From an uncultured Clostridia bacterium (GTDB lineage Bacteria > Bacillota > Clostridia > Christensenellales > UBA1242): a stretch of DNA of 33,899 nt. Position 1 is the first letter of the stretch, and each line of letters starts with the position of its first letter. Location of the stretch: contig CALVTI010000036.1 in the NCBI GenBank assembly GCA_944361835.1, forward strand, positions 1 to 33,899, read 5' to 3'. The position numbers and the translations under genes were made by a program. The notes beneath the pieces were generated by a model. The model had not been told where the DNA came from. It made no database searches and was given only the letters and a program-made list of their open reading frames with translations. Below, piece after piece: positions 1-7,840 of this stretch.

Positions 1-324
1 GATAAAGACTTTATAATCAAAAATCTTAATCATTCATTGAGTGTCGCACCAAATGCAAATGCAGGTCAAAGAGCAAGAATTGATGAACTTACTAAAATAG
101 TTAAAGAAAAAGACAAAGAGATTGAATGGTTAAAAGAGCAAGATGGAGAATATCACAATGCACTCGCAATTCAGGAACTTGAAAAGGTGAAAAAAGAACT
201 AATAGCAAAACTTCATTTATTAGATAGTTCTAAATTTGGTTATCTTCGCCATTTTGTTGCGTGGCACGATATTTGTGACCAAATAAATAAGCAAATCAAA
301 GAGTTAAAAGGAGAGAAAAAATGA
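1..324 (+). CDS. Hypothetical coiled-coil protein, probably 5'-truncated by the window edge
   Basis: Frame 1 is open from base 1 with no stop before 322-324. The track start at 37 is a TTG. The stop overlaps the next start (ATGA). Confidence 0.5.
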   Translation, partial: DKDFIIKNLNHSLSVAPNANAGQRARIDELTKIVKEKDKEIEWLKEQDGEYHNALAIQELEKVKKELIAKLHLLDSSKFGYLRHFVAWHDICDQINKQIKELKGEKK

Positions 325-749
325 AAAGTTTAAAAGAATTGATTGCATATCAAACTTTGTCTGGTAAGCAAGACATTGAAATTATTTTTGACTGGTTTAC
401 TGAAAATAATATGGAAATTGAAGGTATATCACTTATGGAAAAACTAGCAACAAATAAAGCAAATAGGCTTGCAAATGAAATTGATAGGATAAAAGGCAAT
501 ATGAGTATGTATGCTGGAACTGATATTTTATTTAAAGAATATAAACCAGAAATTGCTTCAAAATTAAATCATATAATTATTCTTTATATTTTAGGTCTTG
601 ACATTGAACAATATTATCCGCAACATATAGAATGGCTAAAAGAAACAATACCTACTTTGAAATGTCCGTCAATATTTTGGAGAGATTTTTATGAATGGTT
701 AAAAAGTAAAGGAATTTATTTTAAAGGAGAGAAACAATGCAACGATTAG
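321..749 (+). CDS. Hypothetical early protein
   Basis: 142-aa ORF, ATGA-coupled to the upstream ORF, preceded by GGAGAG. Confidence 0.6.
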   Translation: MKSLKELIAYQTLSGKQDIEIIFDWFTENNMEIEGISLMEKLATNKANRLANEIDRIKGNMSMYAGTDILFKEYKPEIASKLNHIIILYILGLDIEQYYPQHIEWLKETIPTLKCPSIFWRDFYEWLKSKGIYFKGEKQCND

Positions 750-1006
750 TATTTAATATGAAACAGCATAAACTTCCAGAACTTGAAAAATATGGATTTG
801 TGCAAGAAAGTGAATTTTGGTATTCATTAACTTTAAGAAATGAAGCAGGGGAACAAGTTGCATTAGCAGTTAATACTTATACTTATGAATTACAAATTGC
901 ATACACAATTAAAGGCAATGTATGTGCTTATTTAAGCATTGAATTGTCAATATTATACGACCTAATCAAAGACGACATAGTCGAAAAGGTGGTGGAAGAT
1001 GAGTAA
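737..1006 (+). CDS. Hypothetical early protein
   Basis: 89-aa ORF with a GGAGAG RBS and overlaps at both ends. Confidence 0.55.
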   Translation: MQRLVFNMKQHKLPELEKYGFVQESEFWYSLTLRNEAGEQVALAVNTYTYELQIAYTIKGNVCAYLSIELSILYDLIKDDIVEKVVEDE

Positions 1007-1205
1007 GACAGAGTATGCGTGGGTTATTCAGAGAGATGATGATAGAACATATATTTGTTCAAGTCACTATATTTGTTTTACATTAGCAAAGGCAGATATA
1101 TTTGAATGTGAAAGTGAAGCACAAGCAATTATTGACGAATATAACTTACAAAACTGCGTTCCAGTCAAAGTAAAAATAGAGATAGTAGGAGAAGATGATG
1201 AATAA
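999..1205 (+). CDS. Hypothetical early protein
   Basis: 68-aa ORF translationally coupled to its neighbours. Confidence 0.5.
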   Translation: MSKTEYAWVIQRDDDRTYICSSHYICFTLAKADIFECESEAQAIIDEYNLQNCVPVKVKIEIVGEDDE

Positions 1206-1716
1206 AAATTTGGAAGAAAAAATATATTCAATGTCTAATAGTTTTTTGCCACTCGATGTGTTTTTTAACGACATTAGAGATATTAAAGATAAAAATTACA
1301 ACAAAGAAAGTGCATATAAGGACTTAGAAAAAATTGCTGATTTTATTATTGACTTACAATCACAACTCGACCAAGCGAACGAAAGGATTATGTGGTTTAA
1401 CGCAGAGATTGACACATTGAAAAGCGAAAAAGAAAATTTAATGAGAACACTTGAAGAAGCAAGCGAAGAACTAGGGTGTGCGATTGTGCCTAAGTTTGAA
1501 ATTGAGCAGGAAGTGTATTATCTGCCATGCAATGATGGCAAAGAAATTGTTGTTTCAAGAGATATTGTAATAAGGTCTTATGTCGTGAAAACTGATAATA
1601 TCAGTATGATTATTTATGCTTTAGAAAAGTCTGGATTTTATGCTGAGGAACCTGACTTATTTGCAACATTCGAAGAAGCACAAGCAAAACTACAAGAACT
1701 GCGAGGCGGGGAATGA
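1195..1716 (+). CDS. Hypothetical coiled-coil protein
   Basis: 173-aa ORF with a GGAGAAG RBS. The central region is heptad-like (QSQLDQANERIMWFNAEIDTLKSEKENLMRTLEE). Confidence 0.6.
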   Translation: MMNKNLEEKIYSMSNSFLPLDVFFNDIRDIKDKNYNKESAYKDLEKIADFIIDLQSQLDQANERIMWFNAEIDTLKSEKENLMRTLEEASEELGCAIVPKFEIEQEVYYLPCNDGKEIVVSRDIVIRSYVVKTDNISMIIYALEKSGFYAEEPDLFATFEEAQAKLQELRGGE

Positions 1717-1937
1717 ATGACGAAATTAAAGATTATGGATTTGGTATAATTCAACCACCACAACTATCATTTTATCAACAGGGCTGGGTATGTCCAAAAT
1801 GTGGGGCAGTAATGTCGCCAACACAGCCATTTTGTATATTCTGTCAACCTAAGAATATTCAAAACATTCAAGTAACAAATACTGGAATAACGCAACCGAT
1901 ACAAACCGAAAATAAATCAATTAGTAAAGGAGAATGA
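1713..1937 (+). CDS. Small zinc-ribbon protein
   Basis: CPKCG...CIFC (CxxC-x13-CxxC) motif. The start overlaps the upstream stop. Confidence 0.55.
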   Translation: MNDEIKDYGFGIIQPPQLSFYQQGWVCPKCGAVMSPTQPFCIFCQPKNIQNIQVTNTGITQPIQTENKSISKGE

Positions 1938-1938
1938 T

Positions 1939-2349
1939 ATGGCAGATAGATTGACGGAAAAGAAAAATGATAAATATGTAATTGATAGTTTTAAGACTGA
2001 TTTTGCAGTCGATTTAAGAAAGAATTGTTTGCATTCTTTGTATGGAGAACCAGTCAACAAACTCGGCAGGTTGGAAGATATACTCGAAGAGTATGGCATT
2101 GAGAGTGTGGAAGAACTTGATTACTTATTAGAAGTATTCAAAAAAATGCGTAAACAATATGGTAAATTAAATCAAGAAAATTGTAAAAGCAAAAAAGAAC
2201 TAGACACTTGGAAAAGGGCTTGCGAATTGGCGTGTGAAGATTTGCAATTTTTCGATTATGGCAATGAAAAGACAGAAGATGGCATTATAATGAAAGTTGA
2301 TTACTTCTACCAACAAGCAAAAAAGGAATGTGAACAAGAAGAAGTGTAA
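1939..2349 (+). CDS. Hypothetical protein
   Basis: 136-aa ORF with an AAAGGAGAA RBS directly upstream. Confidence 0.6.
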   Translation: MADRLTEKKNDKYVIDSFKTDFAVDLRKNCLHSLYGEPVNKLGRLEDILEEYGIESVEELDYLLEVFKKMRKQYGKLNQENCKSKKELDTWKRACELACEDLQFFDYGNEKTEDGIIMKVDYFYQQAKKECEQEEV

Positions 2350-2360
2350 AATTGCTAGAT

Positions 2361-2431
2361 AAAAGTTTTCTGCTTCAAGGCGAAAAAGTAGCACAAAATC
2401 AAAAGTTTTTACGGTTTTGGCGTAAAAAGTA
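2361..2431 (+). repeat. Two copies of an imperfect direct repeat spaced about 40 bp apart (AAAAGTTTT-N10-GGCG(T)AAAAAGTA)
   Basis: Copy 1 is at 2361-2390 and copy 2 at 2401-2431. They lie in the intergenic region upstream of the late-regulator gene. Confidence 0.6.
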
Positions 2432-2470
2432 TGTAATTTTATTAGTTTAAGAAGAGAATGATATGGAGGT

Positions 2471-2974
2471 GTGATGAAGACATACAAGGAGCAGTATAGG
2501 GAGGCCATAGCTGAGCTTGAAGACTATCGTAAGTGTAAGCTTCATTCAAAGGGCTTAGAGGACAGGCTCAGGGCTCTTAGGAGCAAATTGGTGTATCCCT
2601 CACATAAAGACAATTTAGGGGTGCAGAAGAGCAGAGAGAGCTACTATCGGGAAGAACTCATTGACACAATAATTGAGCTTGAAAAAGACTTGAGCACAAA
2701 CATAGTTTTCTCCGAGGCTCGGGCAACGGACATCTTAAACAAGATAAACGACGTCAAGTACCCTTACTGTCAAGTGCTTCAGTATTACTACATAGACGGA
2801 ATGACATTTGAGAAAATAGCGGTGAAAATGAACTACTGTTTTAGAAATGTTCAATATTTACATAGAGTGGGGGTAAGGCTTTACTCAAAACTACCTGCTT
2901 TGAAAGGGCGATACACAAAATTGCTGCTAAAAAACATTAAAACAAAAATGCAAGAAGAAAAATCTAAAAATTAA
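2471..2974 (+). CDS. Late-gene transcriptional regulator, sigma-70 region-4-like HTH (RinA/ArpU/DUF1492-like)
   Basis: The C-terminal segment YYYIDGMTFEKIAVKMNYCFRNVQYLHRVGVRLYSKL looks like a sigma region-4 HTH. The gene sits immediately upstream of terS, as in Gram-positive phages. The start may be GTG 2471 or ATG 2474. Confidence 0.55.
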   Translation: MMKTYKEQYREAIAELEDYRKCKLHSKGLEDRLRALRSKLVYPSHKDNLGVQKSRESYYREELIDTIIELEKDLSTNIVFSEARATDILNKINDVKYPYCQVLQYYYIDGMTFEKIAVKMNYCFRNVQYLHRVGVRLYSKLPALKGRYTKLLLKNIKTKMQEEKSKN

Positions 2975-2979
2975 AAACT

Positions 2980-2999
2980 TTGCATATTTTTGCATATTT
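2980..2999 (+). repeat. Tandem duplication TTGCATATTT x2, candidate late-promoter element
   Basis: The two copies are exact, at 2980-2989 and 2990-2999. A TATTAT hexamer lies at 3008-3013, but the spacings to it (22 and 12 nt) are not sigma-A-like. Confidence 0.5.
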
Positions 3000-3019
3000 A
3001 ACTATGTTATTATGCTACT

Positions 3020-3190
3020 GTGGGAAATTGAAAGTAGAGAGAAGCAACAGTTTTCCATATACACTCGCTCAGGGCTTTCACTATTCGCCTGAGTAAAGCT
3101 GGCAGGCTGTTTGAGCTTTATTCTTTGTGCTCAAACGGCCGTCCCCGGCCAGCGCAGAAAGAGACACGACCAACCGCCGTGTTTTTTATT
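3020..3190 (+). promoter_or_regulatory. Structured, GC-rich 5' leader of the late operon ending in a terminator-like hairpin
   Basis: Stems seen: 3023-3027/3052-3056, 3068-3073/3088-3093, and 3098-3103/3148-3153 enclosing 3109-3116/3129-3136. An alternative pairing is 3137-3141/3146-3150. A final hairpin at 3164-3170/3176-3182 is followed by T6 (3182-3187), just before the terS RBS. Confidence 0.5.
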
Positions 3191-3206
3191 TAGGAGGCTT
3201 AAATGG

Positions 3207-3614
3207 ATGATTAACTTAGGGAATTTAAGAGTCCCAAGCTCGGACGAAGCACGGGAAAATGGGAAAAAGGGTGGGCTTGCAAGTGGTAAGGCGAGACAAG
3301 AGAAAAAACGCCTTAAAGAGGCTGTAGAAAAGGTTTTGTCTATGACATATGACACGGAGACTGGAGAGCGCTTGACGGGCTATGAACAGGCCGCTATTGC
3401 CATTTTCAAGAAAGCAAAACTTGGAGACGTTCCAGCGTTTAACTCGATAAGAGACCTAATAGGAGAAAAGCCAAAGGAGACAGTGGAGCTGGAGAGCGAG
3501 GCTGTTACAGGCATTAAGATAAAATTTGTCGACAAGTCTATCCCTCGCAACAAAAAAGAGAAAGACCCAAAGATAATTGGCGACTATACACCCCCGACAA
3601 ACACAGAGGAGTGA
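3207..3614 (+). CDS. terS: Terminase small subunit
   Basis: The AGGAGG at 3193-3198 is 8 nt before ATG 3207. The N-terminal ENGKKGGLASGKARQEKK motif and KKAKLGDVPAFNSIRDLIGEKP are typical of a Gram-positive phage TerS family. The gene lies directly upstream of terL. Confidence 0.75.
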   Translation: MINLGNLRVPSSDEARENGKKGGLASGKARQEKKRLKEAVEKVLSMTYDTETGERLTGYEQAAIAIFKKAKLGDVPAFNSIRDLIGEKPKETVELESEAVTGIKIKFVDKSIPRNKKEKDPKIIGDYTPPTNTEE

Positions 3615-5088
3615 GACGTTGGAAATAGAGATAGAAGTCCCAAAAATTTATGAGCCGTCGTTTAACGACTTGGAAGATAAAAGGTGCAAGAAGAATCTTT
3701 GGTATAGTCCAAGAACTTCGTGGAAGTCTTCAGGTCTCGGGAGAATTATCTTAATGTATTACGATGCTTTTCCAGAGTATGACGTTTGTATAGGAGTAGA
3801 CAGCCTGACAAACGCGGGAGAAGGGGTTTTGAGTGAGTTCCAAGCGTTTATAGAGAGCGAATGCTTAAACGAAAACATGGAATGGATAAGCTCTTCTAGG
3901 TGCATCTATAAAAGGGGGCATAAAAATCAAATAAGAGTATATTCAGTTCAAACAAATGAGAGGTCAAATGTAAATACGACAAAAGGCAAAAAAACCATTA
4001 GGCCCATTAGCCTTTTTATTATGGATGAAGTACAGAAATTGCATAGCAAGGAAATTTTGCTTAACTGCCTTTCTACTTTCTTGAGACAAATGAAAGCGGG
4101 GCATAGCAAGGTCATATTAGCAGGGAACCCGGACAGGTCGGCTATGTGGTTTCATGAATTCTATAAGGCTAAGCTTGAAGACCCAGAGTGGACAGTTCTC
4201 AGGCCGACATACCAGGATATCATCGAATGGATACCTAACGCGCTAATACATGAAATACAAGACCTTGAAAAAAACGACCCGGTCTCTTATCGACAAATTT
4301 ATCTTGGAGACTTAGATGTCGCAGGTTGGGAAAATGTCTTCCATTCGTTTATTGAAAGTAAATGTTATGTAAACAGACAAGACCTGATAAAAAGCGATTC
4401 TAAACTAGGCTTTGGGGCCCTAATTAATGCAATAGTAATTGGTGTAGATGATGCTGAGAGTCAAGACGCTATAGCGGCGACGGCGGTGACAGTTCATCAA
4501 AATGGCCTTTTGAGGGCCCAAGAAAGCTTTTATTTGTCTTGTAAGGAGCAATCAGTAAAACCCGCATTGACTGAGCGTTGCGCCATGATTGTCAAGTTTT
4601 TAGACTACATAAACGAGCATTTTAACCAAGAGCATGTTATCCCTATTATTTTTTCGTTCGACTGCGCAAGTGGAATGTATAGACAGATGTGTGTTCTGGC
4701 ATCGACAGATAAAAACTACATGCGCTGGAGAAATGTGAGGCTCTTTAAATACAAGGAAAAACAAGAAAAAGAGAGACAGCTAGACATTATCAATGCAGCG
4801 TTTGCTAATGGCACGTTAACGATAGTAAATGTAGATGCGTTCAGTCCGCAATACAGTAATTCAAAACTAGTAGAGCAAGTAAAAGCCCTAAGGCTTCTTG
4901 AGAATAAAAAGATTGACCCGACTATACCAAACGACTGTACAGACGCGTTACAGTACGCTGTAATGATGATTTTAAGGAACCCATACAACTTGACTTTCCC
5001 AGAGAGAAGGTTGAGCTTTGAGAGTGATAACTCGCTTGATGCAGTGCTCCAACGAATTAAGGAACAGGATAAATATGGTCGAATCTAG
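3577..5088 (+). CDS. terL: Terminase large subunit
   Basis: About 490-500 aa. There is a Walker-B-like LFIMDE and a nuclease-like IGVDDAES, and the position after terS fits. The true start may be TTG 3619, which has GAGGAG 7 nt upstream. Confidence 0.8.
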   Translation: MATIHPRQTQRSETLEIEIEVPKIYEPSFNDLEDKRCKKNLWYSPRTSWKSSGLGRIILMYYDAFPEYDVCIGVDSLTNAGEGVLSEFQAFIESECLNENMEWISSSRCIYKRGHKNQIRVYSVQTNERSNVNTTKGKKTIRPISLFIMDEVQKLHSKEILLNCLSTFLRQMKAGHSKVILAGNPDRSAMWFHEFYKAKLEDPEWTVLRPTYQDIIEWIPNALIHEIQDLEKNDPVSYRQIYLGDLDVAGWENVFHSFIESKCYVNRQDLIKSDSKLGFGALINAIVIGVDDAESQDAIAATAVTVHQNGLLRAQESFYLSCKEQSVKPALTERCAMIVKFLDYINEHFNQEHVIPIIFSFDCASGMYRQMCVLASTDKNYMRWRNVRLFKYKEKQEKERQLDIINAAFANGTLTIVNVDAFSPQYSNSKLVEQVKALRLLENKKIDPTIPNDCTDALQYAVMMILRNPYNLTFPERRLSFESDNSLDAVLQRIKEQDKYGRI

Positions 5089-5096
5089 GAGAAACA

Positions 5097-5486
5097 ATGG
5101 AAGAGTTTAGAAAAAGTAATAGGCTTACAGATGGCAAGGGAGAGAATGAAGACGTCGAGTGGATAACAGCAAATGGTTCGCATATACCTATTCAACAAGG
5201 GCAATCTAAGCGAGAAGCTGTAAAAGAATTCTTTGACAAACCCTTGATGAGCAAAAGGAAAAATGATATAGTTATTTTGCCAGAGAAAGAGTATGCTGAG
5301 TTATGCAGTGCTGTGAGGACAAAACATGCAGACAAGATACCAGCAAAGGGAGCAATTCTGTATGGAAACAACTACTACAGGTTTACTTATAGCAAGACAA
5401 AAGAACAGATTCTATGCAGGTTCAAAGCTCCAATTTTAGGGAACGAAGACAAAATCAATTATTGGGAGGGTAACGATGCTAAGTAA
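5097..5486 (+). CDS. Virion-associated(?) protein with a conserved N-terminal DGKGE..W(I)T.NG.HIPI module
   Basis: 129 aa. The N-terminal ~48 aa are clearly paralogous to the N-terminus of the 7841-8506 product. Confidence 0.6.
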   Translation: MEEFRKSNRLTDGKGENEDVEWITANGSHIPIQQGQSKREAVKEFFDKPLMSKRKNDIVILPEKEYAELCSAVRTKHADKIPAKGAILYGNNYYRFTYSKTKEQILCRFKAPILGNEDKINYWEGNDAK

Positions 5487-5673
5487 AATAGAAATGGAAA
5501 TTATAGATATTTTCAAAGCAAGAGGAATAAGCAGAGATGATATGCTCGGCTTCACAAGCGTGCTAGATATCAAAAACGCACACGAAGAAATGCTTAAATG
5601 GCTCAAAGACAATCCAGGTGCCGGATTTGACGAAATGCTAGACATGATAACTGAAATATACGAACGAGACTAA
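5476..5673 (+). CDS. Hypothetical small protein
   Basis: 65-aa ORF with GGGAGGG upstream, followed by an intrinsic terminator. Confidence 0.5.
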   Translation: MLSKIEMEIIDIFKARGISRDDMLGFTSVLDIKNAHEEMLKWLKDNPGAGFDEMLDMITEIYERD

Positions 5674-5680
5674 TCAAATT

Positions 5681-5720
5681 AAAAAAAATAGGCAAGTAGA
5701 ACATACTTGCTTTTTTTATT
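5681..5720. terminator. Intrinsic terminator (A-run / hairpin / T-run, potentially bidirectional)
   Basis: Stem GCAAGTA 5692-5698 pairs with TACTTGC 5704-5710, with a 5-nt loop and a T7 run at 5711-5717. Confidence 0.75.
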
Positions 5721-5831
5721 TTTATTTACGCCTAAACATAAGTTCTTAACTGCAAGTCCGCAGAGAGGTGGAGAGCCCATAAGGATGAGGGGGCGGCGTA
5801 CAAAAAGAAACAGATTAAAAAGGAGGACAAA

Positions 5832-6431
5832 ATGGACAAGCTTGAACAACTCAAAAAATTGTTAAAAGATTTGTCACCAAAAGAGCTTGAAGAGCTGAAA
5901 GCTTTGCTTGACACAACATTGACCGAAGAGGGCGAAAGCGCTAAGCCTGAGGAGGTTAAAGAGAGCGAAGAGAAAGTTTCAAGTGAAGAGCTTTCAAGGC
6001 AAGAGGTTGGAAATGGCGACGAAGAGGAAAAGCCTGACGAGGAAGAGCCCTCACAAGAAGACGCCGAAATCCAAAACAGCATTAAGGGGCCTGAAGCTCA
6101 AGAGGAAACAGCTGAGGATACAGCCTCTAGTAATGACTCCGCCGAAACGCCAGAAATGGATGATATGCCGATAATGTCAAAAGAAGCTCCACAAGCAGAA
6201 GAGACTGGGGAAGTTTCGACTGAGGCCGTAGAGGCAGATGGCGAAGACGTTCCAGTTGATTTTGAGCAGATTATTGAGGCTCAAAACGCAAAAATTGCAG
6301 CTCTTGAAGCAGAGAATGCAAGTTTAAAGAGCAAGGTAGAGGGGGCTTTTGGATATCCATCTAAAATATCAACCCCAGTAAAAGTAAACAGGCTTTTTGA
6401 TGATTGTAAAGATATTTACATGCACAGATAA
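5832..6431 (+). CDS. Scaffolding protein
   Basis: 199 aa and highly acidic, with a low-complexity centre and a helical C-terminus (IIEAQNAKIAALEAENASLKSKVE). It lies immediately upstream of the major capsid gene and has an AAAGGAGG RBS. Confidence 0.7.
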   Translation: MDKLEQLKKLLKDLSPKELEELKALLDTTLTEEGESAKPEEVKESEEKVSSEELSRQEVGNGDEEEKPDEEEPSQEDAEIQNSIKGPEAQEETAEDTASSNDSAETPEMDDMPIMSKEAPQAEETGEVSTEAVEADGEDVPVDFEQIIEAQNAKIAALEAENASLKSKVEGAFGYPSKISTPVKVNRLFDDCKDIYMHR

Positions 6432-6450
6432 GAGCCAAAACAAAATGTTG

Positions 6451-6476
6451 ACCACTGATTATCAGTGGTTTTTTTA
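6451..6476 (+). terminator. Intrinsic terminator / attenuator between the scaffold and capsid genes
   Basis: Stem ACCACTGA 6451-6458 pairs with TCAGTGGT 6462-6469, followed by a T-run to 6476. Confidence 0.7.
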
Positions 6477-6506
6477 TTGAAATTTTAACACAAGGAGAAT
6501 TAAAAA

Positions 6507-7781
6507 ATGAGTTTATTTAATTTAAACAATCAGCAAGTGGCAAGATTGACTTCCAAAACTGTTTATAAAAATCTCTATCAAGATATAATTCACAAAGACG
6601 GTTTTGGCATCTCTGACAAATTTGTCACACCAGAACAAACAAATGCAGCGACACTAGATATCTATGTTCCTATTCCTCTCAATAACAGGTTTAGAATGAG
6701 AGGGGCTACCACAAATGGGGCCTGGGCGAACACAGATAATCTCCCAGACCAAACTACTGGGCAGAGAAAACATGTGCTTTCTAAGAGATTTACTCTTGAT
6801 ATTTTGAAAAGATATGACAACAACATCTCTGTTTCAGAAGACGAAATCGAGGGTACAAACGCTTTAAATTTAAACGAAGGCTTTGAGCAAATATGTAAGG
6901 ACCAGATTGAGCAGGACATAGCAATCAACATCAACGGCTATACCTTTGCATCTCAGCTTTATTCTTTCTTTATGGATAGCTTTAGCGAGACTCCTACAGC
7001 TACTGAGGTGGCAAACGCAATTGAAATGTACACTTATTCAGCTGACAATAGGACGGCGGCTATAAGAGCATTCAAGCTCTCAAACGCAAAAGTAACTAGA
7101 GGTGATAGCAAGCTATACGCTGGCTATTATCCAGCAGACAAGAGACAGGCATTCTTGTTTAACTCGATTTATCTTGTTGACCTGACAGACACCGCAGCCC
7201 TTACTGCGAGCGATGTAGCAACAAGAATGTTGGCTCAGGGTGGTATGAACGCCTTCACTGGAGACCAGAAGACAGTTGCAGACTTTGAAAAAGGTTATGT
7301 TGGCTGGCTTGATGGCATGCCGCTCTATGAAGTAATGCAACAAGTAAAAGATGCAGTTTATTATTACTTGGGGCTTGATGCCACTACAGACTCTGCAACA
7401 ATAGCGCTTCTAGAACAGCTTTCAGCTTTTATAGCACCAGCAAATGCTACGCTTAGAGGCCTTAAACCTACTTCGTTTAAAACAGTCGACGACCCAGACA
7501 CTCAAGGCGTCATAATTCAGCCTAAAGTAAATATGGGTGTTCGTTGTCTCTCTGGTAATTCTATTAAAGCTGTTTTCAGTGGCTCTGGGTTTACAAATTC
7601 AGCAACAGCAATAACAAGCATTAAGACTATTAGAGCAGCTATAGCCGGCAAGTTTAGACTTCCTAACTTGTCTTATGACTATGATAATGCCATTGGGGTA
7701 GACAACTTTGTACAAGCCATGAAAGATGGCACGATGACTGCTCCACAAGAGGGCGTAGGCACTGTTGAGAGTGATACATAG
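6507..7781 (+). CDS. Major capsid protein
   Basis: 424 aa with an AAGGAGAA RBS. The call rests on position after the scaffold gene and on size. No motif-level proof. Confidence 0.65.
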   Translation: MSLFNLNNQQVARLTSKTVYKNLYQDIIHKDGFGISDKFVTPEQTNAATLDIYVPIPLNNRFRMRGATTNGAWANTDNLPDQTTGQRKHVLSKRFTLDILKRYDNNISVSEDEIEGTNALNLNEGFEQICKDQIEQDIAININGYTFASQLYSFFMDSFSETPTATEVANAIEMYTYSADNRTAAIRAFKLSNAKVTRGDSKLYAGYYPADKRQAFLFNSIYLVDLTDTAALTASDVATRMLAQGGMNAFTGDQKTVADFEKGYVGWLDGMPLYEVMQQVKDAVYYYLGLDATTDSATIALLEQLSAFIAPANATLRGLKPTSFKTVDDPDTQGVIIQPKVNMGVRCLSGNSIKAVFSGSGFTNSATAITSIKTIRAAIAGKFRLPNLSYDYDNAIGVDNFVQAMKDGTMTAPQEGVGTVESDT

Positions 7782-7790
7782 TTTTTCATT

Positions 7791-7818
7791 AGGATGGGTT
7801 TTCTTTAAAACCCGTCCT
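7791..7818 (+). terminator. Strong hairpin after the capsid gene (weak T-tract)
   Basis: 12-bp stem AGGATGGGTTTT / AAAACCCGTCCT with one G-U pair and a CTTT loop. The downstream sequence is only moderately T-rich. Confidence 0.4.
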
Positions 7819-7840
7819 ATACAATTTTAAAGAGGTTGGT

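Noticed and set aside
3111-3206. N-terminal extension of the terS ORF in the track (MSFILCAQTAVPGQRRKRHDQPPCFLFRRLKW)
   Set aside because: It starts at a TTG with no RBS and runs through the hairpins and the terminator-like T-run. A canonical AGGAGG-8 nt-ATG lies at 3207, and the conserved TerS motif starts right after it.
5732-6174. Ser-rich 116-aa antisense ORF and a basic 63-aa alternative-frame ORF within the scaffold gene
   Set aside because: Both are compositional mirror images of the GAA/GAG-rich scaffold coding frame. Neither has translation signals.
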